Assembly (NCBI GenBank): GCA_963747275.1
Contig: CAVVEI010000014.1
Location: forward strand, 72,774 to 136,773
Direction of reading: 5' to 3'
Length of the DNA stretch: 64,000 bases
From: an uncultured Actinomycetes bacterium
Lineage (GTDB): Bacteria > Actinomycetota > Thermoleophilia > RBG-16-64-13
Shown here: in pieces, positions 10,178 through 20,567 of the stretch
Layout: each line of letters starts with the position of its first letter
How positions within the stretch are numbered: position 1 is the stretch's first letter
Notes under the pieces: model-generated
What the model was told of the DNA's origin: nothing
Seen by the model: the letters and a program-made list of their open reading frames with translations, nothing else
Database searches by the model: none
Position numbers and translations under genes: made by a program

Positions 10178-11307
10178 CAGCGCGCCTTCTTGGAGGTGGC
10201 CTGCACCAGGCGCTCCATTCCTAGGGCAAGCTGCCGCAACTGCTCAGCCTCCTTCTCGACCTGCCGGATGCCGGCCACCGTCCTAGAGCCTGCCTGACTG
10301 ATGCTCATCACCGCCTGACCTATCTGCTCTGTCCCCGAGAGTTGCTGGCGGCTGGTCGCGGCGATCTGCTCTGTCGCCTCAGCGGTCCTCTCGCCCACAG
10401 CGACCCTGCCGATGTTGTTCTTGACCGCGCGGCCCACTTCTTCCTTACCCTGGTCCACGGCTTCCCGCGCTTGGTCGGCCGCGTGCACTACCACCACGCT
10501 CGCCTTCTGGATCTCGCTAAGCACGGCCCTCACCTGGGCGACCGCCTGCTTGGACTGCCGCGCAAGGCTCTTGACCTCTTGGGCCACCACGTTGAAGCCT
10601 TTGCCTGCGTCGCCCGACTTGACTGCTTCGATGGAAGCGTTCACCGCCAGCAGGTTGGACTGCTCGGCTAGGTCATTGACCGTCACCATCACGTCGCCCA
10701 CCGATTGGACTTGCTCGTTGAGGCTCACAATCGCCTCAGCCACTTCGTCCATGTCCGCAAGTATCTGCTCAAAATGCGCTCGGTTGCTTCTGGCCGACAT
10801 CTCCCCCGCCTTGGAGGTCTCCACCACTTGTCGAGCCAGTTCTGAAGCTTCAGATGCCCTCTCCTGAGCAAGCAGGGCCGTCTGTCTTACTTGCTCTACG
10901 GTGGCCGTGGTCTCGTTGGTGGCGGCCGCTGTCTGCGACGCCGCCGCAGCCACCTCCGAAGCCACGGCAGCCAACTCAGCGGCAGAAGTGCTGAGGCCGC
11001 TCACCGCAGCCCGAAGCTGCCGGTCGACGGTCGGGCCCAAGCGGATCAAGGCGGCCAGACCCAGCCCTGCGCAAAGAAAGGCTATGACCCCCATCAGGAT
11101 CAAGACCACCGTAGCTCTACCGTTCAGGGAGCCCAGCATGTCTTGAAGTCCCGGATCAGCAAGGGCCCCAGCCTGCTGTGCGGCCTCCACATAGCGGTCA
11201 TGCCATGACCGAAGCCAAGCCATCGTGCCCACTCCCATGCCCGCCAGCACCAGAAGCATGAAGAGCATGCCGCTGATGGAGCCTATGATCCGCCGGCCGA
11301 TGGTCAT
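10177..11307 (-). CDS. Methyl-accepting chemotaxis protein with two TM helices, a ~35-aa outer loop and no recognisable ligand-binding domain.
   Basis: Intact 376-aa ORF. It has the MCP signalling hairpin motif (EQSNLLAVNASIEAVKSGDAGKGFNVVAQEVKSLA). Confidence 0.9.
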   Translation of the reverse strand: MTIGRRIIGSISGMLFMLLVLAGMGVGTMAWLRSWHDRYVEAAQQAGALADPGLQDMLGSLNGRATVVLILMGVIAFLCAGLGLAALIRLGPTVDRQLRAAVSGLSTSAAELAAVASEVAAAASQTAAATNETTATVEQVRQTALLAQERASEASELARQVVETSKAGEMSARSNRAHFEQILADMDEVAEAIVSLNEQVQSVGDVMVTVNDLAEQSNLLAVNASIEAVKSGDAGKGFNVVAQEVKSLARQSKQAVAQVRAVLSEIQKASVVVVHAADQAREAVDQGKEEVGRAVKNNIGRVAVGERTAEATEQIAATSRQQLSGTEQIGQAVMSISQAGSRTVAGIRQVEKEAEQLRQLALGMERLVQATSKKAR

Positions 11308-11401
11308 TAGAGGGTCCCCTCTTCGTCGACAGCAAGTACGCGCAATAGTACGCTCAACAGCTTATCGGCGATGTGTGGGGTAAGGTTTATACGCCCGCGG
11401 A

Positions 11402-12250
11402 CTAGACGCGCTTGGAGTAGCCCAAGAACGCCGAGAGAGCAGCGGCAGCGACTTTGACCGCCTCGGCGATGCTCTTCTTCTCAGCCGGACCGAAACGGCC
11501 GGTTGGAGCCACCACGGAGATGGCGGCTATCACCTTGCCCAGTTGGTCGTACACCGGAGCGGCCACCGCGCAGGTACCCAGGTTGCGCTCCTCCAAGTCG
11601 AAGGCCACGCCCTCCTTGGCCACTCTGTCCAGTTCGAGTGCAAGGGCGCCCGGGTCGGTGATGGTGTGAGGTGTCTCCTGCGGTCGCGGTCGGGCAAGGA
11701 TGGCCTCCCGCTCCTCGGGTGACTTGAAGGCGGCAAAGATCTTGCCGTTGGCGTTGGCGGTGTCGCCTATGATGCGGCCCACGGCTACCTCGCGCCGGAA
11801 CGGGCGAGGGGTGTCGACCATTTCGACGCTTACCGCTACTCCATCGACCTCTATGGCCAGGGTGGCCGCTTCGCCGGTCCTATCAGCCAATTCGACCAGA
11901 TACGGCCGCACGATGGTGGCCAGTTCAGCATATCCCTCTGACAAATAGGTGGACGCCAGCAACGCAGGGCCCAGATGGTAGCGGTTGGTCACCGGGTCGC
12001 GCACCAAGAACCACTCGGACTCCATGGTGCGGATCATCCGATATGCGGTCATCCTGGGCAGACCGGCCTTCTCGGCTATCTCATCCAGAGCCCACTCGCG
12101 GTTCTCGGCGTCAAACAATGCCAGGATCGAGAGGCCCTTGGCCAGGGCACGTACCACGAACGCGCTATCGCCGTTGGTGGACTTCGCGCCCTGGCCTCGC
12201 CTGGAGGCCGGCCCCGCGGTGCCGGCGTTCACTTCTTGAGTGGATGCCAC
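11402..12250 (-). CDS. IclR-family transcriptional regulator.
   Basis: Intact 282-aa ORF with an HTH (LDEIAEKAGLPRMTAYRMIRTMESEWFL) and an IclR effector domain. Confidence 0.85.
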   Translation of the reverse strand: MASTQEVNAGTAGPASRRGQGAKSTNGDSAFVVRALAKGLSILALFDAENREWALDEIAEKAGLPRMTAYRMIRTMESEWFLVRDPVTNRYHLGPALLASTYLSEGYAELATIVRPYLVELADRTGEAATLAIEVDGVAVSVEMVDTPRPFRREVAVGRIIGDTANANGKIFAAFKSPEEREAILARPRPQETPHTITDPGALALELDRVAKEGVAFDLEERNLGTCAVAAPVYDQLGKVIAAISVVAPTGRFGPAEKKSIAEAVKVAAAALSAFLGYSKRV

Positions 12251-12258
12251 TTGCGCCT

Positions 12259-13035
12259 TTAGGCGAACGCCATCGTCCCGCCGTCGGGATACAGGATGGT
12301 CCCGGTGACGAAATCTGACGCGGCTGAGGCTAGGAATACGGCCGGACCGATGAGGTCTTCGGGCTCGCCGAAACGTCCCATGGGTATGTTGTTAAGCGTC
12401 TTCGCGTAGCGCTCGGGATTGTTCTTGATGGTCTCTTTGGTCATTGCCGTGGCGGTGATGATGGGGCCAAGCGCGTTGACCAACACGTTCTTGGGAGCCA
12501 ACTCTACAGCCAGGGTGCGGGTGATCATATCCACGGCGCCCTTGGTGGCACAGTAGCCCAGATTGCCACCGGCGGCCGCACGCAGCCCGCGGATACTCGA
12601 CAGGTTGATTATCTTGCCCCCGCCCTGCTCGACCATGTGAGCCGCGAAGTTCTTGCAGCACAGCATGACGCCGCGCACGTTCACCGAGAAGAGCTTGTCC
12701 CAAGACTCCGCCGGGTACTCGGTGGCGGGAGCCTTGACGTTGAAGCCCTGAGCGTTCACCAGCACGTGCACGCGGCCCATGTCGGCCACGGCGTTCTTCA
12801 CCAGCGCCTGGATGCTCTCCTCCATATCAGTGTCGAGCGTGTAGGTCTTGACCAGCTGCCCGGTCTTGCTCTTGATCTCCTCGGCCGCGCTGCCCAGCCC
12901 GTCCTCGTTGATGTCGGCTATAGCGACCTGCGCCCCGTACTCGGCGAGCCCTGCAGCGATCACCCGGCCGAGGCCGCCGGCGCCGCCGACGACCACCGCG
13001 TTCTTACCCTTGAGTGAAAAGAGATTCTCTGCCAT
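12259..13035 (-). CDS. Short-chain dehydrogenase/reductase (SDR).
   Basis: Intact 258-aa ORF with GGAGGLG nucleotide-binding motif and a YxxxK-type catalytic region (GYCATKGAV). Confidence 0.85.
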   Translation of the reverse strand: MAENLFSLKGKNAVVVGGAGGLGRVIAAGLAEYGAQVAIADINEDGLGSAAEEIKSKTGQLVKTYTLDTDMEESIQALVKNAVADMGRVHVLVNAQGFNVKAPATEYPAESWDKLFSVNVRGVMLCCKNFAAHMVEQGGGKIINLSSIRGLRAAAGGNLGYCATKGAVDMITRTLAVELAPKNVLVNALGPIITATAMTKETIKNNPERYAKTLNNIPMGRFGEPEDLIGPAVFLASAASDFVTGTILYPDGGTMAFA

Positions 13036-13046
13036 GGTGTCTCCTC

Positions 13047-13886
13047 TCAGACCTTCTTGGTGAGGCCCAAGATCTCGCGCGTCTCTGCGGCGTCGGCGAT
13101 CTCGCGACCTGCAACCTTGCCCAGTTCGACCGCACGGGCCACAAGCTGTGGGTTGGTCGCCAGCACGCCCTTCTCGAAGAAGATGTTGTCTTCAAGACCC
13201 ACCCTGAGGCCGTTGCAGCCCTCGGCGAGGCCCATGAGCATACAGGGCATGTGGTCCTTGCCGATGCCCGAGATCGACCACGTTGAACCGGCCGGGATCT
13301 TGGGGAGCAGGTAGGCAAGGGACTCGACGGTGCCGGGCATGCCGCCGGGAACGCCAAGGACGAACTGGCAATGGAGCGGTGCCTTGAGGAACCCCTTCTT
13401 AAGATAGTGATTCGTGTTGCCGATCATGCCGGCGTCGAAGATCTCGATCTCGGGCTTGACGCCCAACTCCTGCGTGAGCGTGCCCAACTCTTCCAGAAAC
13501 TTGGGTTCATTGAGAAACACATAGCTGTTCGCCCAGTTCATCGTGCCGGGGTCATACGAGCACATCTCGGGCTTGACCAGCGCCAGGTGGCTCATGCGCT
13601 GCTCGTAGGTGAACTTGGAGCCGGAGGTGGTGACGTTGATCACCACGTCAAGCCCAGCGGCGGCCACTTTCTCACGTATCTTGCCCACGACCTCAACGAA
13701 GATGTCTTTGTCCATTGCGTTGACGCCGTTCGCGTCGCGCACATGGATGTGGAGTATGGAGGCACCGGCCTTCACGCACTCCAGGCCGTCGGCCGCTATC
13801 TCGTCGGGCGTGATGGGCACGTTGGGATTCTGCTCTTTGGTAGTACCCACTCCGCACAGGGCGCAGGTGATGATCAGCTTGCTCAT
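13047..13886 (-). CDS. Beta-keto acid cleavage enzyme (BKACE/DUF849 family; 3-keto-5-aminohexanoate cleavage enzyme-like).
   Basis: Intact 279-aa ORF. It is collinear with Kce-type proteins (KLIITCALCG...NPNVPITPDEIA...GASILHIHVRD...EIEIFD...GLRVGLEDN). Confidence 0.85.
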   Translation of the reverse strand: MSKLIITCALCGVGTTKEQNPNVPITPDEIAADGLECVKAGASILHIHVRDANGVNAMDKDIFVEVVGKIREKVAAAGLDVVINVTTSGSKFTYEQRMSHLALVKPEMCSYDPGTMNWANSYVFLNEPKFLEELGTLTQELGVKPEIEIFDAGMIGNTNHYLKKGFLKAPLHCQFVLGVPGGMPGTVESLAYLLPKIPAGSTWSISGIGKDHMPCMLMGLAEGCNGLRVGLEDNIFFEKGVLATNPQLVARAVELGKVAGREIADAAETREILGLTKKV

Positions 13887-13930
13887 ATCAGATCACTCTC
13901 CTTGTCAAGGGTCGGCATCGATCTCGGGGA

Positions 13931-14891
13931 TCAGATGCGCTTGTAGATGAGGTCCTTGACCTCTTCGAAGACTTTGATCATGGCCGCGTCCCTCTCGCGG
14001 AGCACCTGCTCCAGCGGACGGTCGCTATAGTCGAAGAAGCCCTTGCCGGTCTTGACACCCATGTCGCCCTTGTCCATGAGCTCCTTGAGACTCTTGGGCT
14101 GGTTGTCGATGGGGGCCTCTTCGAAGTCCGGGTTCTGCAGGTTGCCGTAGCTGAGGTCTATGCCGGTGAAGTCATAGCGCTGCACGAAACCGAGCACCAT
14201 GGCGCGCGGGATTATGCTGGCCTTGACGGCCAGGTCGAGCTGCTCGGCGGTGATGTAGCCGTTGTCGAGCAAGAAGAAGCATTCCCGGCCGATGATGCGC
14301 AAGAAGCGGTTGACGCAGAAGCCCGACACGAACTTCTCCATGACGCACGGCACGCGGTCGACCTTCTTGAGCAGTTCCACTATGAAGTCCGTGGTCTCCT
14401 GGCTGGTCTTGGGGCCCTTGACGACCTCGACCAAGGGGATGATGTGAGGCGGCGCGAACCAGTGAGCTATGACCGTCTGCGGAAGACGCTTCTCGGGCAT
14501 GAGGTCATAGATGTTCAGGTACGAGGTGTTGCTGGTGAAGATGGTGCGCTCGGGGCAGATCTTGTCCAGCTGCTTCGTAGAGTTCCTTCTTGGCGTCGGT
14601 CTTCTCGGCGATGGTCTCGATGACCAGGTCGGCGTCCTTGCCGCACTCCTCGACCGACAGCGTCCAGCTGATGCGGTCGAAGATACCCTGCACGTCGGCT
14701 TCTTTGAGCAGACCGTTCTCGACGAAGGTCGTCAGGTTCTGCTTGGTCACACTCTGGGCCTTGTCGAGCGTCTCCTGCTTGCGGGTGTACATACTCACCT
14801 GGTAACCCGCGGTGGCGAACACCTGAGCCAGACCCGGGCCCATGGTACCGGCCCCAAAAACAGCTACCTTCTTGACATCTGCCACTTTCAC
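13931..14891 (-). CDS. 3-hydroxyacyl-CoA / L-carnitine dehydrogenase-family NAD-dependent dehydrogenase. The frame is broken once near 14575.
   Basis: ORF 14505-14891 (KVAVFGAGTMGPGLAQVF...KELYE) continues in the frame of ORF 13931-14500 (QLDKICPERTIFTSNTSYLNIYDLMPEKRLPQTVIAHWFAPP...). Confidence 0.8.
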
Positions 14892-14990
14892 GCGAATGCT
14901 CCCACTGCTTGGCTTTGCGGTAACGACTTGGTGAACAACTGCGTCGTATTGGTATCAGTATACCGCTTTGTAAACAGTTGATATCGCGCG

Positions 14991-16359
14991 CTATTGGCCC
15001 AATCGCACCTGGGGATAGGTGTAGATGGGCATCCAGGCGATCCTCCCGCCGCCCACGTCTCTGGAGCGGAGTATGTAGAAGTCACGAGTGGCGACGTAGG
15101 TCCTGCCATACTTGGACATGGTGATAGAACCGGCCGGAGTATCGATGGTCAGCTTCGCCATGGTCCCGATGACATGCGCGGGGTTGCGCGGATCTACCAA
15201 GTCTTCCAGGCTGTTGCCCAGCAGCGCCCCCTTCTCTGTCACTCCCGCCTGGCGCTGCCCCGCCAGGGTCTTGACGGCCTCGGCGTAGAGCATTATCGCC
15301 TGCCACCCGCCGAACGCCTCGGGGGTCGGCTGCTCGCCTGGGTACAAGCTCTGGAACGTCGAGATGAAGGCCTTGTTCATAGCGTTGTCCAGTGTAGGCG
15401 TGTAGATATCGCAGCCGACCAAGTCCAACCTCGAACCCAGGGCAGCCAGGTACTCAAGCTGCGACTCGCTGTAGTTGCTCGACTGGGCTACCAGAAGCGC
15501 TCCGCCCAGGCCCAAGGAGGCGTGCTGCCGCACGAAGGGTATGGCTCCGCTTCCCCGCACCCAGAAGAACGTGCAATCCGCCGGCTGCAGCGCCGAGAGA
15601 TAGCTGGTGAAGTCCACCGTGTCCGGCGGAACGTACGTGACGGACGAGACGGTCCCGCCCCCCGCGATGAAGCCTCGCTCGAAGCCGGATTGGATCTCTT
15701 CGGCTATGCGGTCCGCGTAGTGTATGCAGTTGGCCGTCTCATAGTGCAGGGTCTCCGCGGCAAACGTTCCCAGGTAATAACCGTATGCCCGGTAGAGACC
15801 GTTGGGAATGAACCCTATGCCGCCCGAGGTGGTTATGTTCTCACTGGGCTGCCCGGTGACGGAGCACTGGGGGATCCGCTCGATCTCGGCCAGCCTCTGA
15901 GAGATGAAGTAGGTCACGGCGGCGGCGTCCGACGAGGAAAGCGGACCGCAGATGAAGTCCACCGGATCGCGGTCCTTCTTCCTGTCACCATCGGTGTCGG
16001 TCAGCACCAGCTGCCTTGTCTGCTCCACTGCCAAGAGAGCATCCGACTTGTTGTCCAACTCTGTGTACTCGATCGACCATTCGGCCACTCTGTTACCCAA
16101 CATCTGCAGAGCCGTGCGAATGCCCTTTCTTACCAGCGCGGTGTCATAGACCAGGGGACCGGCTGATCTCACCGTTGAAGACGATCTCTATGGGGTTCGC
16201 GGAGGGCGGGATGGTGGTCGACGTGGGCCCGGCCTCTTCGCCTTGGGCCGTTGTGAGTCCGGTCTGCCCGCTGCCCGCTGAGCCACCGCAAGCGGCCATT
16301 GAGAGCGTTAGGGCAGCCATTAGCAGACCAAGTGAGATGATGAGGTATGCTCTACGCAT
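14991..16359 (-). CDS. Type-1 periplasmic-binding-fold (LivK/Amino-acid/amide-type) ABC substrate-binding lipoprotein with no adjacent permease. The frame is broken once near 16161.
   Basis: ORF 16144-16359 (signal plus lipobox LSMAACGG) continues in ORF 14991-16172 (SGPLVYDTALVRKG...). The junction is consistent with one extra base in a CC/GG run. Confidence 0.8.
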
Positions 16360-16429
16360 TCGCTAAGCTTACAGCTTGGCAGGCCTCGCCACCGATTTGA
16401 TGGTCTCGAAGGAATCGAATGATCAAGTC

Positions 16430-16463
16430 TTGCGAACCTCTAGTCTTCACTCTACAATATTGT
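16430..16463 (+). promoter_or_regulatory. Candidate sigma70-type promoter TTGCGA-N17-TACAAT. A perfect 10-bp palindrome ACAATATTGT overlaps the -10 element.
   Basis: TTGCGA lies at 16430-16435, then a 17-nt spacer, then TACAAT at 16453-16458, with the palindrome at 16454-16463. All sit in a locally AT-rich divergent intergenic region about 85 nt upstream of ATG 16543. Confidence 0.35.
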
Positions 16464-16542
16464 CTATTACACTGAGCAATATCTACATTTCGTGACTTCC
16501 GACGCTCACACTGACTAGACGTGACGAAGGGAGGGTCGTGAC

Positions 16543-17316
16543 ATGAGATGGGGGATGGTGATCAATCTCGCCAAGTGCACCCGCTGTCACGCGTGCGTAG
16601 CCGCCTGTCGTATCGAACACTTTCTCCCTCTGCGGGTGACCTGGCCCCGGCTGATCGCGCTCGAGGTAGACGACGGCGTCAACGTGGACGTTTCAACCTA
16701 CCCGGTCCGCTGCAACCAGTGCAAAGAGGCCCCCTGCGTCGACGTCTGCCCCACCGAGGCCTCTCACAAGCGCGAAGACGGCATCGTGGCCGTCGACCCC
16801 AAGAAGTGCTTCGGCTGCCGGTACTGCGTCATCGCCTGCCCCTACCAGAACCGCACCTACCTCTCCCGCAAGCGCAACCCCGGCTACTTTCCCGGCCACG
16901 AGCTGACCCGCTTCGAGAAGAAGGGCAAGGAGCTCTACCCACACACGGTGGGCACCACCATGAAGTGCAACTTCTGCCTGGAGCGCATCGACGCCGGGCT
17001 GGAGAAGGACCTCAAGCCAGGTATAGACCGCGAGGCCACGCCGGCCTGCGTCAACATCTGCCAGGCCAGGGCTCTCACCTTCGGCGACTTGGACGACCCC
17101 GAGAGCGAGGTCTCCAAGCTGATCAAAGACAAGACCGGCTTCGTACTCCATCCCGAGTACGGCACCGAACCTTCCGTCTACTACATCGACTACAAGCTGG
17201 GCGGGGCTCCCTCCAACAAGGCTCCCATCGAGATGCAGACCGGCAGCCACATGCAGCACCTGAGCACGGTGTATGCGCCGTCCAAGCCCAAACTCGCCAA
17301 GAAGCACGACAGGTAG
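16543..17316 (+). CDS. Four-cluster 4Fe-4S ferredoxin subunit (DmsB/PsrB/NrfC family) with no Tat or Sec signal.
   Basis: Intact 257-aa ORF with Cys motifs CTRCHACVAAC, CNQCKEAPCVDVCP, CFGCRYCVIACP and CNFC...C. Confidence 0.85.
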   Translation: MRWGMVINLAKCTRCHACVAACRIEHFLPLRVTWPRLIALEVDDGVNVDVSTYPVRCNQCKEAPCVDVCPTEASHKREDGIVAVDPKKCFGCRYCVIACPYQNRTYLSRKRNPGYFPGHELTRFEKKGKELYPHTVGTTMKCNFCLERIDAGLEKDLKPGIDREATPACVNICQARALTFGDLDDPESEVSKLIKDKTGFVLHPEYGTEPSVYYIDYKLGGAPSNKAPIEMQTGSHMQHLSTVYAPSKPKLAKKHDR

Positions 17317-17328
17317 GGGAGTGGCCGA

Positions 17329-18295
17329 ATGAACGCTAAGACAGCACGTCAATGGATGGTCACCCACGAGTGGATGGTCAAGCCCATGGCCCAGGCCGAA
17401 TGGATAGAGGGCAAGGGCCTGCTGGTCTGGCTGGCCGAGGTCTTCTCGGCCTTGGGCACAGGCCTCTACCTCGTGGCTCTCTTCTTCAGCCAGTCGCACC
17501 CCAAGGCCGCTTTCTGGGGCGGAGTGCTCGGCTGGGTGGGCATCGCCGTCTTCAAGCTGCCCCTGCACTTTCTCTACCTGGGCAAACCCTGGCGCTTCTG
17601 GAGGGCCTTCCCGCCCGTCAGCAATGCCTGGAAGACCTCGTGGTTCGCCCGCGGCATCGTGTTCACCATGATCTTCCTGGGGTTCGGCGCCGTGCAGTTG
17701 CTGCTGCAGGGCCTCATCGCCTATGGAGTGGAGACCGGCTCGGCCATCGACGCCGCCAACTGGGTGCTCATGGTCCTGGCCGGCGTCACCTGCGTGGTGA
17801 CCGCCGTCTACTGCGGATTTGCCATGAGTTACTGCAAGAGCGTGCCCTTCTGGAACACCGGCCTGCTGCCGTTCGTGTTCCTGATCATGGGCATCGCGGA
17901 CGGTCTGGCCCTGATGATGGCGGTGGCCCTGGTCACCGGCGAGGAGCTCATCGGCACCGCCGAGTCGATCACGCGCATCCTGCTCATGGTCAACGCCCTG
18001 CTCATCATCGTCTATCTGGTCAACGCCAACTATCAGTCGACCACCGCTGGGCTATCGGTGAGAGAGCTGGTGAGGGGCCACGTGGCCTGGGTGTTCTGGC
18101 TGGGCATCGTGAGTCTTGGGCATCGCCGTGCCGCTGGTCATCTCGGTGGTGAGCTACTTCACCGGGCAGGAGGCCTCCACCGGCCTCTTGGTCTTCGCCA
18201 TCTGCTGCCACACCATCGGGGCCTTCTCACTCAAGTACGGGGTGCTCAAGGTGGGCATCTACAGACCCCTGCTCCCCAAAGCCCACGCCTACTAG
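17329..18295 (+). CDS. NrfD/PsrC-family polytopic membrane (quinone-interacting) subunit. The frame is broken once near 18119.
   Basis: ORF 17329-18363 is hydrophobic up to ...VFWLGIV. The hydrophobic reading then resumes in another frame (LGIAVPLVISVVSYFTGQEASTGLLVFAICCHTIGAFSLKYGVLKVGIYRPLLPKAHAY, stop 18293-18295). The lesion sits in the GGG run at 18118-18120. Confidence 0.75.
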
Positions 18296-18328
18296 AGCGC
18301 AGCTCTCTCAGAGTCTTAGGAGACACTC

Positions 18329-20552
18329 ATGGCCAACAGAGAGATAGTCTATTCGACCTGTAAGAGCTGCCACGGTGGCTGCGGCGTCAAGGTGACCAAA
18401 GAAGACGGGGTGGTCATCCACATAGAGGGCAACCCCGACTCGCTCACCGGCGGCACGATGTGCTCCAAGGGCCTCTCGAGCATCCAGCACATCGATAACC
18501 CCTACCGCATGAAGTACCCCATGAAGCAGGTGGGCAAGAAGGGCACGCGGCAAATGGAAGCGGATCTCGTGGGACGAGGCCCTGGACACCATCGCCGACA
18601 AGATGAAGGCGGCCATCGCCGACCCGGGGCCGCAGAGCATCGCCATCTCGCAGGGCACCGGGCGCGGCTACAACCGCTACACCATGCGGCTGGCCCGGTC
18701 GCTCGGCACCGGCAACGCCATCACCCCTGGCTACGTCTGCCACAGCCCGCGCCTGGGCCTCTACGCCCTGGTGACCGGCTACGGACGCCTGTACTGCGAC
18801 TACCACGGCTGGGGCGGCGAGTTCCCCAAGACCCAGATCATGTGGGCCAAGCAGCTGGAGATCAGTCCAGCGCCGACACCGAGATGTGCTACTGGTACAT
18901 GCGGTCGCTGGACTACTGCAAGAACCTCATCATCATCGACCCGCGCGCCAGCGCCTACGCCACGCGCGCCAACCTCTGGATCCAGCCCCGCCCCGGCACG
19001 GACTGCGCCCTGGCCCTGGGCATGATGAACGTCATCATCGAAGAGGAGCTGTGGGACAAGGAGTTCGTCGACAAGTGGACCTACGGCTTCGACGAACTGC
19101 GCGAGCGCGTCAAGGAGTGGACGCCCGCAGAAGGTCGTCCGACATCTGCTGGATACCCAAGGAGCACGTCACCGAGGCCGCCCGCATGTGGGCCGTCGAC
19201 ACGCCGGGCTGCATCCAGGTGGGTAGCTCGCTGGAGCGGCAGGCCAACTGCGGCCACACCCTGCGGGCCATCACCTGCCTCATGGGCCTGGCCGGCAACA
19301 TCGAGGCGCCGGGCAGCATGATCAGCTGGGTGCTGCCGGACACGGGGCTCATCGAGGACTTCAACCTGGAGCTCCCCATCACCGACGAGATGAAGAGCAA
19401 GATCATCGGCGGCGACAGGTTCAAGATGGGCGCCACCCGCACCTGCAACCCCGACACCATGGTCAAGAAGCTCCTGGCCGGTGAGAACCCCATCAAGGTG
19501 TGGTTCAGCGTGGGCGGCCAGCAGATAGTGCACATGGCCAACACCAAAGAGGTGGTCGAAGGCCATCGAGAAGCGTCGAGTTCATGTCGCACACCGACCT
19601 CTTCATGGGGCCCATGGCCGAAGCGGCCGACATCGTGCTGCCGGCCGCCCACTGGCTGGAGCTGGACGACGTCTACGACATGCACCCGCGCTTCATGATC
19701 GAGGCCCACAACAAGGTGATCGACCCGCCGGGCGAGGCCAAGTCCGACGCCTGGATCTTCAACGAGATCGGCCGGCGGGTGGTGCCCGACAAGTGGTGGC
19801 CCACCGTGGAAGACATGCTCGACTACGAGGTCAGGCGAGGCGAGGGCAAGGACGGCGGCCCGCTGACCTTCAAGGAGTTCGGCGAGAAGCTGGTGAGCGG
19901 CTGCTGGGGCCCCGACCAGGTGTACTACAAGTACAAGACCGACTACTGGAAAGAGGGCGGGGGCTTCCCCACTCCCTCGGGCAAGTTCGAGTTCAAGTCG
20001 CAGCACCTGGAGTCACTGGGCTACGACGGCCTGCCGGTGTTCAGCGAGCCCGGCGAGAGCCCCGTCTCGACCCCCGAGCTGTTCAAGGAATACCCGCTGG
20101 TCATGAGCAGCGGCTACCGCCAGCCCTTCTACTTCTTGGGGCAGTACCGCAACATCCCCTGGCTGCGGAGCTTCATGGAGTTCCCCACCTGCCAGCTGCA
20201 TCCCGAGACGGCGAAGCTGTACGGCGTCGAGGACGGCGACATCGTCTGGATCGAGTCGCCGCGGGGCCGCATCCGCCAGAAGCTGCGCTGCTTCCCGGGC
20301 ATCAAGAAGGGCGTGCTCATGGCCACGGCCAACTGCTTCTATCCGGAGGAGCCGGCCGAGGGCTACCACGGGGTGTTCATAAGCAACCCCAACGTGCTCA
20401 CCAGCAACGACCATCTGGACCCCATGTACGGGTCGCCGGACCTGACCTGCCTCATCTGCAAGGTCTACAAGGCCAAGGACGAGGAGCTCAAAGAGGAGGT
20501 GTTCCGCAGCGAGGAGTACGGCTTCGTGCCTCACGCGCAGGAGGACGTCTGA
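18329..20552 (+). CDS. MopB-superfamily Mo/W-bis-MGD catalytic subunit with no twin-arginine leader and a Cys ligand. The frame is broken at least 5 times (about 18552, 18864, 19130, 19560, 19572).
   Basis: The N-terminus MANREIVYSTCKSCHGGCGV carries the FS0 motif immediately after the start. Continuity is traced through ORFs 18329-19321, 18603-19025, 18886-19698 and 19500-20552 (ISWDEALDTIADKM..., NLIIIDPRAS..., DICWIPKEHVTEAARMW..., HTDLFMGPMAEAADIVLPAAHWLE...). Confidence 0.8.
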
Positions 20553-20567
20553 GCTACAGGCTAAGAC

